Assembly: GCA_963702475.1 (NCBI GenBank)
Contig: CAVPCT010000009.1
Span: 96,001 to 160,000, forward strand
DNA: 64,000 nucleotides
Reading direction: 5' to 3'
Origin: an uncultured Thermoleophilia bacterium
GTDB taxonomy: Bacteria > Actinomycetota > Thermoleophilia > UBA2241
Part shown: in pieces, positions 47,659 through 58,086 of the stretch
Numbering within the stretch: the first letter of the stretch is position 1
Layout of the letters: each line of letters starts with the position of its first letter
Program-made: the position numbers and the translations under genes
Notes under the pieces: model-generated
Told to the model about the DNA's origin: nothing
What the model saw: the letters and a program-made list of their open reading frames with translations, nothing else
Database searches by the model: none

Positions 47659-48147
47659 TCAGCGGAGGTGCCGGCGCTCCTCGGCACGAGACTCGCCGTC
47701 CCGCGCCAGCGGGCTGATCGCCTGGAAGGTTGGGCTGTCGAACACGCCGCCCAGGCAGGCGCCGGTCTCCTGCAGCTTGGCCTTGCCGACGGAGTAGCAG
47801 ACGCAGTACGCGACTTCCATGATCTCCTCGTCGGTGGCGCCGGCGGCTTTGGCGTTGCACGCCTGCGGCAGCACGCCGTCGTAGTGGCCGTTCATCATGT
47901 AGAGGCCGACGAGCAGCAGGTAGCGCGTCTTGGGGTCGAGGATGCCGCGGTCGAGCAGGCCGGTGAGCTGGTTCTGCGCGTAGGTGTGCAGCATGTCGGG
48001 GCGGTTCTTGACCCAGAAGTCGAGGCTCGGGTCGTCCGGCGGCTTGCCGTAGCCCGGGCGCTGCTTGGCCCACGAGGCGAGGACCTCCTCGCCGGTGACG
48101 GCGGCCTTCATCGCTTCAACGACGTCTACTTCTTCCGGTCGGGGCAT
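47659..48147 (-). CDS. Carboxymuconolactone decarboxylase (AhpD-like) family protein
   Basis: LDPKTRYLL..A.AAGATDEEIME. Confidence 0.75.
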   Translation of the reverse strand: MPRPEEVDVVEAMKAAVTGEEVLASWAKQRPGYGKPPDDPSLDFWVKNRPDMLHTYAQNQLTGLLDRGILDPKTRYLLLVGLYMMNGHYDGVLPQACNAKAAGATDEEIMEVAYCVCYSVGKAKLQETGACLGGVFDSPTFQAISPLARDGESRAEERRHLR

Positions 48148-48166
48148 GGGAAGCTCCTTGTCGTGA

Positions 48167-50224
48167 TCAGGCGAGTGCCTTCTCGGTCGGTGTGCCCGGA
48201 GCGGCCAGGTGGAGCCGTCCGGCGAGGATCTCCGCCAGGTCCATGACGCGGACGTCGCGATCGGGGGCGACGCTCCCGAGGCCGTCCTCCATCATGGTCA
48301 GGCAGTAGGGACAGTTCACGCCGATGAGATCCGGCGACGTCTCCAGGAGCTGGCCGACGCGCAGCTCGTTGACGCGGTGGCCGGCCTCCTCCTCCATCCA
48401 CATGCGGCCGCCGCCGGCGCCGCAGCAGAGGCTCTTGCTGCGCGTGCGCTTCGGCTCGAGCACGGCGACGCCGGGCACGGAGCGCAGCACGTCGCGCGGC
48501 GCCTCGTACTGCTCCTGGTAGCGGCCGAGATAGCAGGAGTCGTGGTAGGCGACCTTGGCGGCCCGGGCGCCGCCGGCGGAGGCGGCCGACGTTGCGCCGC
48601 CGCCCGTCTCGCCGTTGAGCGTCAGCCGGCCGCTCTTCAGCAGGTCGGCGAGCAGCTCGGTGTGGTGCACGACCTCGTAGTGCCCGCCGAACGCCGGGTA
48701 CTCGTTTCTCAGCGTGTTCAGGCAGTGCGGGCACGAGGCGAAGATCTTCGTGACGCCCAGCGCGTTCATGGTCTCGACGTTCTGGGCGGCGAGCATCTGG
48801 AAGAGGTACTCGTTGCCGATGCGGCGCATCGGGTCGCCGCAGCAGGTCTCGTCGGGGCCGAGGATGGCGAAGCTCACCTCGGCCTGCCTGAGGAGGGCGA
48901 CGAGTGCCTGGGAGACCTTGACGGCGCGGTCGTCGAAGGCGCCGGCGCAGCCGACCCAGTAGAGGTACTCGACCGGCGCGTCGGTGTCGAGCACGGCGAC
49001 GTCGAGGTCCTTGGCCCAGTCGCCGCGCGTGTGCGCGCCGATGCCCCAAGGGTTGCCGTTCTTCTCCACGTTGGCGCAGGCGAGCTGCGCCTCCTGCGGG
49101 AACTCGGCCAGGTCCAGGACCAGGGCGCGGCGCATGTCGATGATCTTGTTGACGTGCTCGTTCTGCACCGGGCACTGCTCCTGGCAGGACCAGCAGGTGG
49201 TGCAGGCCCACAGCTCATCCTCGCTGATGACGTCGCCGATCATGCTGGGTCGGCGGCCGGTCGGCATCGGTCGCCGCGGCGTGGCGCAGGGCTGGACCAA
49301 CCCCGTTCAGGTGGTCCTTCAGCTTCGTCATCAGCAGCTTGGGGGAGAGGGGCTTGCCGGTGAGCCACGCGGGGCAGTGGTCCTGGCAGCGGCCGCACTC
49401 GGCGCACGCGTACAGGTCCAGGAGCTGCCAGCGCGTGAACTGCTCGACGCGGCTCGACGCCGTACTCCTCGAGGTCCTCGTCCTCCAGGTCGAGCGGCCG
49501 GACCTGCCCGCCGCGCGGCTTGAGGTTGCGGAAGAACTCGTTGACCGGGCACATGATCAGGTGCAGGTGCTTGCTCAGCGGGATGTAGACGAGGAAGGCG
49601 AGCAGCAGCGCGAGGTGCACCCACCAGAAGACCTGCATGCGCGGTCTGCGTGGCGCCGTCGTCGAGCGGTCCGAACAGTGCCGCGAGCGCGCCGGTGACC
49701 GGCGCGAGGGCGTACTTGTCGTGCGCCTCAAGGGCGTAGGCGAAGCCGCTGTACACGAGAGCGGCGGCCACCAGGCCGAAGATGAGCGCGAGGATGACGG
49801 CCGCCTCCAGGCTGGCCTCCAGCCGCGGCGGCCTCACGACGTAGCGGTACACGATGGCGACCACGATGGCGACCAGGACCAGCACCATGAGGACGTCCAG
49901 CACGAGGTAGAAGACCGGCCAGGCGCCGATCGCCGGCAGTGAGAACGCCTCCCACAGCCCTTCGCCGATGATCTGCAGCGTGCCGAAGGCGATGACGATG
50001 AAGCCCCAGAAGATGACGAAGTGGACGATGCCCACGGGCTCCTTGAAGAGCTTCTTCTGGCCGAGGACGTAGACGACGAAGCCGCCGGTGCGCGTGCCGA
50101 GGCGGTCGTGGCGAGCCTCGGGTCGCCCGACAAGTACGTACTGCACGCGCCGCGTGAGGAACACGCCGAACACGGCGAGCGCGACGACGAGGACGGCGAG
50201 GAAGATGGCGGCGGTGAGCGTCAT
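48167..50224 (-). CDS. FadF/HdrD-like membrane Fe-S oxidoreductase, several frameshifts (about 49240-49640)
   Basis: N-terminal TM region ([21 protein letters not shown]), [13 protein letters not shown], two CCG domains ([30 protein letters not shown]). Confidence 0.87.
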
Positions 50225-50240
50225 GCCAGGGTCACTCGCG

Positions 50241-51225
50241 TCAGGAGGCGGCCTTGCGCCGGCGCAGCTCGTCCGCGAGCGCCGGCACGACCGTGAACAG
50301 GTCGCCCACCACGCCGAAGTCGGCGATGGAGAAGATCGGCGCCTCGGGGTCCTTGTTGACGGCGACGATGTGCTGCGAGCTCTGCATGCCGGCGCGGTGC
50401 TGGATGGATCCGGAGAGGCCGACGGCGATGTAGAGCTTGGGCGACACGGTCTTGCCGGTCTGGCCGACCTGGTACTGGTGGTGCTTCCAGCCGGCGTCGA
50501 CGACGGCGCGGCTCGCGCCGACCGCCGCGCCGACGGCCTCGGCGAGCTGCTCGACCACGGCGAAGCCCTCCGCGCTACCGACGCCGCGGCCGCCGCTGAC
50601 GATGATGGAGGCCTCCTCGAGGCTCACGATGCCGGCGTTCTCGCAGACCACGTCGGCGATGCTCGTGAGCAGGCTCGCGGGGCCGAAGTCGACCGCGAGC
50701 GGGACGACCTCGGGCTCGGCCGGCGCCTCTTCACGAGCGAACGAGCTCGGGCGCAGGGCGACGACCGTCGGGGCCTGCCGTGACTTGCATCGTGGCGACC
50801 ACGCTGCCGCCGAAGCAGGGGTGCGTGGCCACGAAGCCGCCGTCGGCGAGCTCGAGGCCGGTGGCGTCGATCAAGCAGCCGGCGCCGAAGCGGGCCGCGC
50901 AGGCCGAAGCCACATCGCGGCCCTCGGCGGAGCCGGAGAACAGCACGGCCGCCGGTTGCTCTGCCTTCACGGCGGCCGCGGCCGCGTCGGTGAACGGGCC
51001 CGGCCGGTAGGTGGCCAGCTCCGGGCTCTCGGCGACGTACACGCGCTGCGCGCCGAAGCGCGCCGCCTCGGCGACGAGCGGCGCGGCGTTCGCCGCCGCC
51101 ACGAGAACGCTCAGCGTGCTGCCGAGGGCGGCGGCCAGGCCGCGCCCGTGCGAGATGCTCTCGAGGGTCACGCCGGCGAGCCGGTCGCCGCGCGCCTCCG
51201 CGATGACGAGGATGTTGTCAGCCAT
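50241..51225 (-). CDS. etfA: Electron transfer flavoprotein alpha subunit, frameshifted near 50650-50790
   Basis: [51 protein letters not shown]. Confidence 0.9.
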
Positions 51226-51238
51226 GTCTCCGCCCTCC

Positions 51239-52015
51239 TCAGACGAGCCTGGCGCTCGCCAGGAAGTCGGCGATCTGCTGCGCGCCGCTTCCGTCGTCCT
51301 CGATCTTGACGCCGGCCGCGCGCGGTGGCGGCACGCTCGCGGAGAGCACCCGGGTCTTCGCCCCTGCGAGGCCGACGCCCGTGACGTCCAGGCCCAGGGC
51401 CGCGACGTCGTGCTGCGCGATCGGCTTCTTCTTGGCCGTCATGATGCCCTTCATCGAGGGGTAGCGAGGCTCGTTGATGCCCTTGACCACGGAGATGACG
51501 GCCGGCGTCGGGCACGAGTACGCCACGTAGCCCTCGTCGGTCTCGCGGTGCACGCTCAGCGCGCCGCCGTCGACCTCGACCTTCGACAGCGCCGAGAGCA
51601 GCGGCAGGCCGAGCAGTTCGGCCACCGCGGCCGGCACGGCGCCAGTCTCGCCGTCAGTCGACCTGAGCCCGAACAGGGCCAGGTCGCACGGGACGGTCCT
51701 GAGCGCCGCGGCCAGCACGGCGGCCGTGGCCTGCGCGTCCGAGCCGGCCAGCGCCGGGTCGGTGACCAGCACGGCGTCGTCGGCGCCCATGGCCAAGGCC
51801 TTACGGACAGCGTCGGTGGCGTCGTCCGGGCCCATACACAGCACCGTGACCTGGCCGCCGGCGGCCTCCTTGATGCGCAGCGCCTCCTCCACTGCGTACT
51901 CGTCGTACGGGTTGAGGATGCGGTTCACGCTGCGGTCGAGACACCAGGTGGACGGATCGAGGCGCTTCTCGGCCTCGGTGTCGACCACCTGCTTCACGCA
52001 CACGACGATGTTCAT
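51239..52015 (-). CDS. etfB: Electron transfer flavoprotein beta subunit
   Basis: MNIVVCVKQV.D, NPYDEYAVEEAL, ALAMGAD, DGETG, NEPRYPS. Confidence 0.93.
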   Translation of the reverse strand: MNIVVCVKQVVDTEAEKRLDPSTWCLDRSVNRILNPYDEYAVEEALRIKEAAGGQVTVLCMGPDDATDAVRKALAMGADDAVLVTDPALAGSDAQATAAVLAAALRTVPCDLALFGLRSTDGETGAVPAAVAELLGLPLLSALSKVEVDGGALSVHRETDEGYVAYSCPTPAVISVVKGINEPRYPSMKGIMTAKKKPIAQHDVAALGLDVTGVGLAGAKTRVLSASVPPPRAAGVKIEDDGSGAQQIADFLASARLV

Positions 52016-52181
52016 GCTTGGCTCCTGAGCTCGTGCGGTTCCCCTTCGCACCGACCCGGGGCAGCGCTCGCGCGCACGCCGGGCCCGTCGGTTGCGGCCA
52101 TGATAGGCGGAGGTCCCGCGAGCGCGGACAGGTTCGCCGCAACTTTTCATGCAGGCGCGGCGGTATTACCATCGCGTATAG

Positions 52182-53075
52182 ATGGAACTGGACCTCTTCC
52201 GCTCGTTCGTGGCCGTCGCCGAGTCCCGTAGCTTCAGCCGGGCCGCGCGTGCCATGCACTCCACGCAGCCCACGCTGAGCCGCCAGATCGCACGCCTGGA
52301 GGGCGAGCTGGGCGTGCGCCTGTTCGAGCGGTACGGCCGGCACGTGGAGTGCACCGAGAGCGGCCAGCTCCTGCTGCCGCTGGCGAAGGCCATCGTGTCT
52401 CGCACCGACGAGGTCGTGAGCCTCATGCGCGAGCAGGCCGGCGGCGGCCCCAGCACGGTGCGCTTCGGGGCCGCCGGCAACGTCATCGTGATGCTCACGC
52501 CCATCTTGGCGTCGTTCTTCAAGGCGTACCCCAAGGTCACGGTGGACCTTGTCGAGAAGGACGACTCCCAACTCGAGGAGGCCGTCATCACCGGCGAGCT
52601 GGACTGCGCCGTGATCACCCCGTGGGGGTCGACGCGGGCGATGGCCCAGCACCTGCTGACGGAGGAGATCCTGCTGGTCGTGCCGGAGGGGCACCGCTTC
52701 GCGGAGCTCCCGGCGGTGCCCATCGGCATGCTCGCGAGTGAGTCGTTGCTGCTCCCGCGCGCGACGATGAACGCCAGCAACGTGATCGCCGACGCCCTGC
52801 GCAGGGCCGGCGTCGAGCTGCGCTTCTCGTACCGCGCCAACTACCCCGATCTGACCAAGGCGCTCGTCCGTATGGGTCTCGGCGTCGCGCCGATGCCCAG
52901 GATGCTCGTCGCGCCGGAGACCATGGACGGCCTCGTCGCGATACCGTTCGAGCCGCGCGTGCAGCGCGACCTCACGATGCTCGCGCCGCGGGACCGGCCC
53001 CTCCCGGGCGCCGCCCGCGCCCTCATGGCGCACGTGAGGGGTGCCCTGGCCGGCCGCGGGGTCTCCGGCGCCTGA
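52182..53075 (+). CDS. LysR family regulator
   Basis: SFSRAA....TQPTLSRQI..LE.ELG..LFER; divergent from etfB. Confidence 0.93.
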   Translation: MELDLFRSFVAVAESRSFSRAARAMHSTQPTLSRQIARLEGELGVRLFERYGRHVECTESGQLLLPLAKAIVSRTDEVVSLMREQAGGGPSTVRFGAAGNVIVMLTPILASFFKAYPKVTVDLVEKDDSQLEEAVITGELDCAVITPWGSTRAMAQHLLTEEILLVVPEGHRFAELPAVPIGMLASESLLLPRATMNASNVIADALRRAGVELRFSYRANYPDLTKALVRMGLGVAPMPRMLVAPETMDGLVAIPFEPRVQRDLTMLAPRDRPLPGAARALMAHVRGALAGRGVSGA

Positions 53076-53466
53076 GAAAGCGCTTTCACGAGCGAGCCTT
53101 TGCTCGGCGCCTTTCCGAAGAAGCCCAGTCGCCGATGTTCACGCAGGGCACCGGCCGCATCTGTCGTTCCTCAGTGTTGGTTGCGTTTTACACCGAACGC
53201 CGAGGGCGTGAGGAGGATGACAGGGGCGCGGTCAGGTGGACGTTGAGTCGCATTGCGCCGCGAGCGTCCAGAGAGCGAGTCTCATGCAACGGGCACAGAG
53301 CCTCGGCGTCGCCTCCTGCGCAGCCGCGCGGCGTCAGTCCTATACGTTATGGTCATACTTCGCACCAACGATGAAGACTTCCGCCGAAGTGCTTCCGCCG
53401 CCTTCATGCGCGGCCTACTCTGTGACATTCGCCGACCCCACGTCATCGCACGCCAGGAGCTGCCGC

Positions 53467-54684
53467 ATGGATTTCCGGCTGACCGAAGAGCAAGAGATGA
53501 TCCGCGACATGGTGCGGGAGTTCGCCCGGGAAGAGGTGGCGCCTGCGGCCATGGTGTACGACGCGTACCGCGACCCCCAGGAGTGCGTGCCCTGGGACCT
53601 CCTCAAGAAGGCTTCGGCCCTCGGGCTGCGCACCGCCGCCATCCCGGAGAAGTGGGGCGGCGAAGGCGCCGACTACCTCACGCTGGCCATCATCCTGGAG
53701 GAGCTCGGCGTCGCCGACCAGGGCTTCGCCACCCTCATCCGCGGCTGCTACACCGAGTCGCCGCGCCTCATCGGCGAGCTGAACGACGAGCAGCGCGACG
53801 AGTGGCTGCCCAGGTTCATGGAGGACGACACGTTCCTGCTCGGGCTGGCGCGCTCGGAGCCGGACGCCGGCACCGACTCGCACTTCCTCTACGACGAGCC
53901 CGGCGCGTCCATCCAGACCTACGCCGTGTGCGAGGGCGACGAGTACGTGATCAACGGCACCAAGCACTACATCTCGTGCGGCGGCATCGCCAAGCTCTAC
54001 TTCCTGTACGCGCGCACGGACAGGAAGGGGCCGATCTCGACCAGCCTCAGCTGCTTCCTGCTGCCCGCCGACGCGCCGGGGTTCCGCATCGGCCGCTTCC
54101 ACAACAAGCTCGGGCGGCGCACGCTGGCAAACGCCGAGCTCGTGTTCGAGGACGCTCGCATCCCCGCGAGGTACCTGCTCGGCAACGAGGGCGAGGCGTG
54201 GGGCACCGAGGGCGAGTGGGGCGGCCCGCAGAAGGACTGGTCCAAGACGCCGCTGGGTGTGCCGCCGCCCTTCGGGCTTCTGGGCGCGGCGGCCAACCTC
54301 GGCACCGTGCGCTCGGTGTACGAGGAGGCCCTGGACTACGCCAGGAAGCGCATCCAGGGCGGCAAGCCGATCATCGAGCACCAGCACGTGGCCATGAAGC
54401 TGGCCGAGCTCCAGGTGCAGGTGGAGGCCGCGAGGGCCCTGCTCCACAAGGCCTGCTGGTCGTTCGAGACCAAGTACGAGTACGACCCCAAGATCGGCAT
54501 GCTCGTGAAGGCCTACATCGACACGATCGGCGTGAACGCCGTGAACATCGGCGCCGGCATCTTCGGCGGCTACGGCACCGCGGACGACGACGTGCCCTTC
54601 GGCAAGCACCTGCGCGACATCTACTCGTTCCTGCACGGCTTCGCGACCACGGAGATGGCGTTCCTGAACGGCGCTCCGGTCTGA
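53467..54684 (+). CDS. Acyl-CoA dehydrogenase family flavoprotein (atypical active site)
   Basis: MDF.LTEEQ, PEKWGG.G, SEPDAGTD, INGTKHYIS, KLG.R, YA..R.QGGKPI..HQ. Confidence 0.88.
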   Translation: MDFRLTEEQEMIRDMVREFAREEVAPAAMVYDAYRDPQECVPWDLLKKASALGLRTAAIPEKWGGEGADYLTLAIILEELGVADQGFATLIRGCYTESPRLIGELNDEQRDEWLPRFMEDDTFLLGLARSEPDAGTDSHFLYDEPGASIQTYAVCEGDEYVINGTKHYISCGGIAKLYFLYARTDRKGPISTSLSCFLLPADAPGFRIGRFHNKLGRRTLANAELVFEDARIPARYLLGNEGEAWGTEGEWGGPQKDWSKTPLGVPPPFGLLGAAANLGTVRSVYEEALDYARKRIQGGKPIIEHQHVAMKLAELQVQVEAARALLHKACWSFETKYEYDPKIGMLVKAYIDTIGVNAVNIGAGIFGGYGTADDDVPFGKHLRDIYSFLHGFATTEMAFLNGAPV

Positions 54685-54733
54685 TCGACCATCTGATCCA
54701 TCACTGCCCAACTCGACCAATGGGGGACCGAGG

Positions 54734-57238
54734 ATGGCGGAACAGAGCTTCGTGAACTGCACCAGCGGCGGCGCGATCCGCGTGGACGTGGCCGACGGCA
54801 GGATCGTCCGCGTGCGGCCGCTGGTGTTCGACGAGACGGACGCCGCGTCGTGGACGCTGGAGGTCGAGGGACACGAGTACACGCCGCCGCGTAAGTCCTG
54901 CGTGGCGGCGTTCTCGCTCACCGAGCGCGCGCGCGTCTACTCCGAGGAGCGGATCCAGTACCCGATGAAGCGGGTCGACTTCGACCCGGACGGGGAGCGT
55001 AATCCGCAGAACCGCGGCAAGTCCGGGTACGAGCGCATCAGCTGGGACGAGGCGCTCGATCTCGTGGCCGGCGAGATGAAGCGCATCCGCGAGAAGTATG
55101 GCCCGGAGGCCATCACCTCGCGGGCCTCGTCCCACCACAACTGGGGCAACCTGGGCTACCGCTCGGCGGCCTGGGCCCGCTTCTTCAGCCTCATCGGCTT
55201 CACCGACATCCTCGACAACCCGGACAGCTGGGAAGGCTGGCACTGGGGCGCCACGCACGCCTGGGGCTTCTTCTGGCGCCTCGGCAACCCGGAGCATTAC
55301 GACCTGCTCGAGGACGCGCTGCGCAACACCGAGCTGATCATCCAGTGGGGCAATGACCCCGACACCACGCACGGCATCTACGGCGGCAACGACTCGGCCG
55401 TGTGGCGGCTGTGGCTGCGGGAGCGGGGCATCAGGACCATCGTCATCGACCCCTTCTTCAACTACACGGGCGCGCACGTGGGCGACAAGTGGATCGCCTA
55501 CCGGCCGGGCACGACGGCGGCGCTCGCACTGGCCATCGCCCACGTGTGGATCGAGGAGGACACCTACGATCACGAGTACGTGGCCGCGCGGACGCTCGGG
55601 TTCGAGGACTATCGCGCCTACGTGCTCGGCGAGGAGGACGGCGTCGCCAAGACGCCGGCCTGGGCCGCCGAGCTCACCGGCGTACCGGCGCGCACGATCG
55701 TCGCGCTGGCGCGCGAGTGGGCGTCCAAGCGCACGTGCCTGGCGGGCGGAACCAAGGGTGGCGAAGGCGGGGCCTGCCGGCAGGCCTTCGCCACCGAGAG
55801 CGCCCGCATGCTCGTCCTGCTGCAGGCCATGCAGGGCCTCGGCAAGCCCGGCGTGATGATCTGGGGCACGGCCAACGGGCCGCCGTACAACGCTACGCTC
55901 GAGTTCCCCGGCTACGCCTCCGGCGGCTTCAACCTCATCGCCGAGAAGCCGGCCGTGAACCCCGTTCGACAGCGCCTGTACCGCCTCACGGTGCCGGAGG
56001 CCATCCTGAGCGCGCCCATCAGCTGGATGGGCGAGGGCTTCTGCGGCAACTCCATCGAGCAGCAGTTCACGAAGTTCACGTACCCGATGCCCGGTCACTC
56101 CGAGGTCAGGATGTTCTACCGCTACGGCGGAGCCTTCCTGGCCACGATGACGGACACGAACCGCTGGGTGCGCATGTACCAGAGCCCCAATCTCGAGTTC
56201 GTCGTGAACCAGGACTGCTGGTGGTGCACCGAGACGAAGTTCGCCGACGTGGTGCTGCCGGCGTGCACAAACCTGGAGCGCGAGGACATCGCCGAGTGGG
56301 CGAGCTCCGGCGGCTACTCGCTGCACGCCTCGGGCAGCGCCAGCCACCGCGTGATCGTCTACCAGCAGAAGTGCATCGAGCCGGTCGGCGAGTCGAAGCC
56401 CGACTACGACATCTTCGTCGAGCTGGCCCGGCGCCTGGGCGTGGAGCAGGAGTACACCGAGGGCAACACGTTCGAGGGCTGGATCCGCAAGATGTTCGAC
56501 AAGTCGGACCTGCCCCAGTACGTCTCGTACGAGGACTTCAAGGCGAAAGGCTACTTCGTCGTCCCGCAGATCGAGGACTACAAGCCGACGCCGGCCCTGC
56601 GCTGGTTCGCCGAGGGCCGGCCCTGCGACACGCCGGACACGAGCAACCCGAACCGGGGCACGGACAAGGAGCATCTGCTCGCGACCGTCAGCGGCAAGCT
56701 CGAGTTCGTCTCCCAGAGCCTGCTGGCGCACACGCCGGACGACGACGAGCGCTCGCCGCTGCCGCGCTGGCACGAGAGCTGGGAGGGGCACACGTCGGAG
56801 CTGGCGCAGGCGTACCCGCTGCAACTGATCTCGCCGCACCCGCGCTTCTCCTTCCACACGCAGCACGACACGCGCGTGCCGTGGCTCTCGGAGATCCCCG
56901 GGCACCGCAGGTGGATCGACGGCTACCCGTACCAGGTGGTGCGCGTGCATCCGGACGACGCCGCTGCGCGCGGTATCCGCGACGGCGACGTCGTGAAGCT
57001 CTACAACGGCCGGGCATCGGTGCTGCTCGCGGCGCAGATCACGGAGCGTGTGCGCCCGGGTGTGGTGCACTCGTATGAAGGCTCCTCGAGGTACGACCCG
57101 CTGGAACCGGGCAAGGCCGGGAGCACCGACCGCGGCGGCTGCGTGAACCTGCTCACGCCGTCGCGGATGCTCTCGAAGAACGTGCCCGGCATGGCGCCCA
57201 ACTCGTGCCTCGTCGAGCTCGCGAAGTGGGAGGGGTGA
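54734..57238 (+). CDS. Transhydroxylase-family Mo-bisPGD large subunit, 'SSHH/GGEG' subtype
   Basis: ASSHHNWGNLGYR, NPDSWEGWHWG, GGEGGACR, FPGYASGG, SPHPRFSFH; paralog of 21613..24147. Confidence 0.9.
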   Translation: MAEQSFVNCTSGGAIRVDVADGRIVRVRPLVFDETDAASWTLEVEGHEYTPPRKSCVAAFSLTERARVYSEERIQYPMKRVDFDPDGERNPQNRGKSGYERISWDEALDLVAGEMKRIREKYGPEAITSRASSHHNWGNLGYRSAAWARFFSLIGFTDILDNPDSWEGWHWGATHAWGFFWRLGNPEHYDLLEDALRNTELIIQWGNDPDTTHGIYGGNDSAVWRLWLRERGIRTIVIDPFFNYTGAHVGDKWIAYRPGTTAALALAIAHVWIEEDTYDHEYVAARTLGFEDYRAYVLGEEDGVAKTPAWAAELTGVPARTIVALAREWASKRTCLAGGTKGGEGGACRQAFATESARMLVLLQAMQGLGKPGVMIWGTANGPPYNATLEFPGYASGGFNLIAEKPAVNPVRQRLYRLTVPEAILSAPISWMGEGFCGNSIEQQFTKFTYPMPGHSEVRMFYRYGGAFLATMTDTNRWVRMYQSPNLEFVVNQDCWWCTETKFADVVLPACTNLEREDIAEWASSGGYSLHASGSASHRVIVYQQKCIEPVGESKPDYDIFVELARRLGVEQEYTEGNTFEGWIRKMFDKSDLPQYVSYEDFKAKGYFVVPQIEDYKPTPALRWFAEGRPCDTPDTSNPNRGTDKEHLLATVSGKLEFVSQSLLAHTPDDDERSPLPRWHESWEGHTSELAQAYPLQLISPHPRFSFHTQHDTRVPWLSEIPGHRRWIDGYPYQVVRVHPDDAAARGIRDGDVVKLYNGRASVLLAAQITERVRPGVVHSYEGSSRYDPLEPGKAGSTDRGGCVNLLTPSRMLSKNVPGMAPNSCLVELAKWEG

Positions 57239-57240
57239 CG

Positions 57241-58086
57241 ATGCCGCGCTACGGGATGGTCATGGACGTCGCCCGCTGCAACGGGTGCTACAACTGCTTC
57301 CTGGCCTGCAAGGACGAGCACTGCGGGCAGGCCCATCCGGGCTACGCCGCGGCGCAGCCGATGACGGGCCAGTCCTGGATCCGCGTGACGGAGCACGAGC
57401 GCGGCCAGTTCCCCAAGGTCAAGGTCGACTACACGGCGGTGCCGTGCCTGCACTGCGACGAGGCGGCGTGCGTGGCGGCCGCCTCCGAAGGCGCCGTGTA
57501 CCGCCGCGACGACGGCATCGTGCTCATCGATCCGGAGAAGGCGGCGGGGCAGAGGGACGTCGTGCAGAGCTGCCCGCACCGCCTGATCTTCTGGAACGAG
57601 GCGGAGCAGGTGGCGCAGAAGTGCACCCTGTGCGCCCACCTGCTGGACAAGGGCTACAAGGAGCCCCGGTGCGTGGAGGTGTGTCCCACCGGGGCCCTCG
57701 TCTTCGGCGACCTCGACGACTCCGACAGCGAGGTCGCGCGGGCGTTCGCCGAGGCCGAGGTCCTGCACCCGGAATACCGCCTCGGCGACAAGGTCCGCTT
57801 CGTCGGCCTGCCTGCCGAGTTCGTCGCCGGCTGCGTCGTGTTCGGCGACACCGACGCCTGCGGGGTCGGCGCCACGGTCACCCTGCAGGGTGACGACGGC
57901 GTGGCGGTCTCGGCTGTGGCCGACAGCTACGGCGACTTCGCGTTCGACGGCCTGCCGCGGACCGCGCGCTTCACGGTGTCTGTGTCGGCTCCGGGCTACG
58001 CCCCGTCAACCTGCGAGGTGACGACCCGAACGTCCATCAACCTCGGCGACATCGTGCTCGGCACGCTCACGGAAGGAGCGGTGTGA
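57241..58086 (+). CDS. BthL-like FeS small subunit (12 cluster Cys)
   Basis: CNGCYNCFLACKDEH, CLHC..ACVAAA, KAAGQRDVVQSCP, CTLC..CVEVCP; YGDFAF tail. Confidence 0.88.
   Translation: MPRYGMVMDVARCNGCYNCFLACKDEHCGQAHPGYAAAQPMTGQSWIRVTEHERGQFPKVKVDYTAVPCLHCDEAACVAAASEGAVYRRDDGIVLIDPEKAAGQRDVVQSCPHRLIFWNEAEQVAQKCTLCAHLLDKGYKEPRCVEVCPTGALVFGDLDDSDSEVARAFAEAEVLHPEYRLGDKVRFVGLPAEFVAGCVVFGDTDACGVGATVTLQGDDGVAVSAVADSYGDFAFDGLPRTARFTVSVSAPGYAPSTCEVTTRTSINLGDIVLGTLTEGAV

Noticed and set aside
7937-51225. Frameshifts in about 13 genes read as pseudogenes or programmed frameshifting
   Set aside because: They are scattered 1-bp indels in otherwise well-conserved genes with no shared slippery motif that I could see, most consistent with long-read errors. 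Read polishing would decide.
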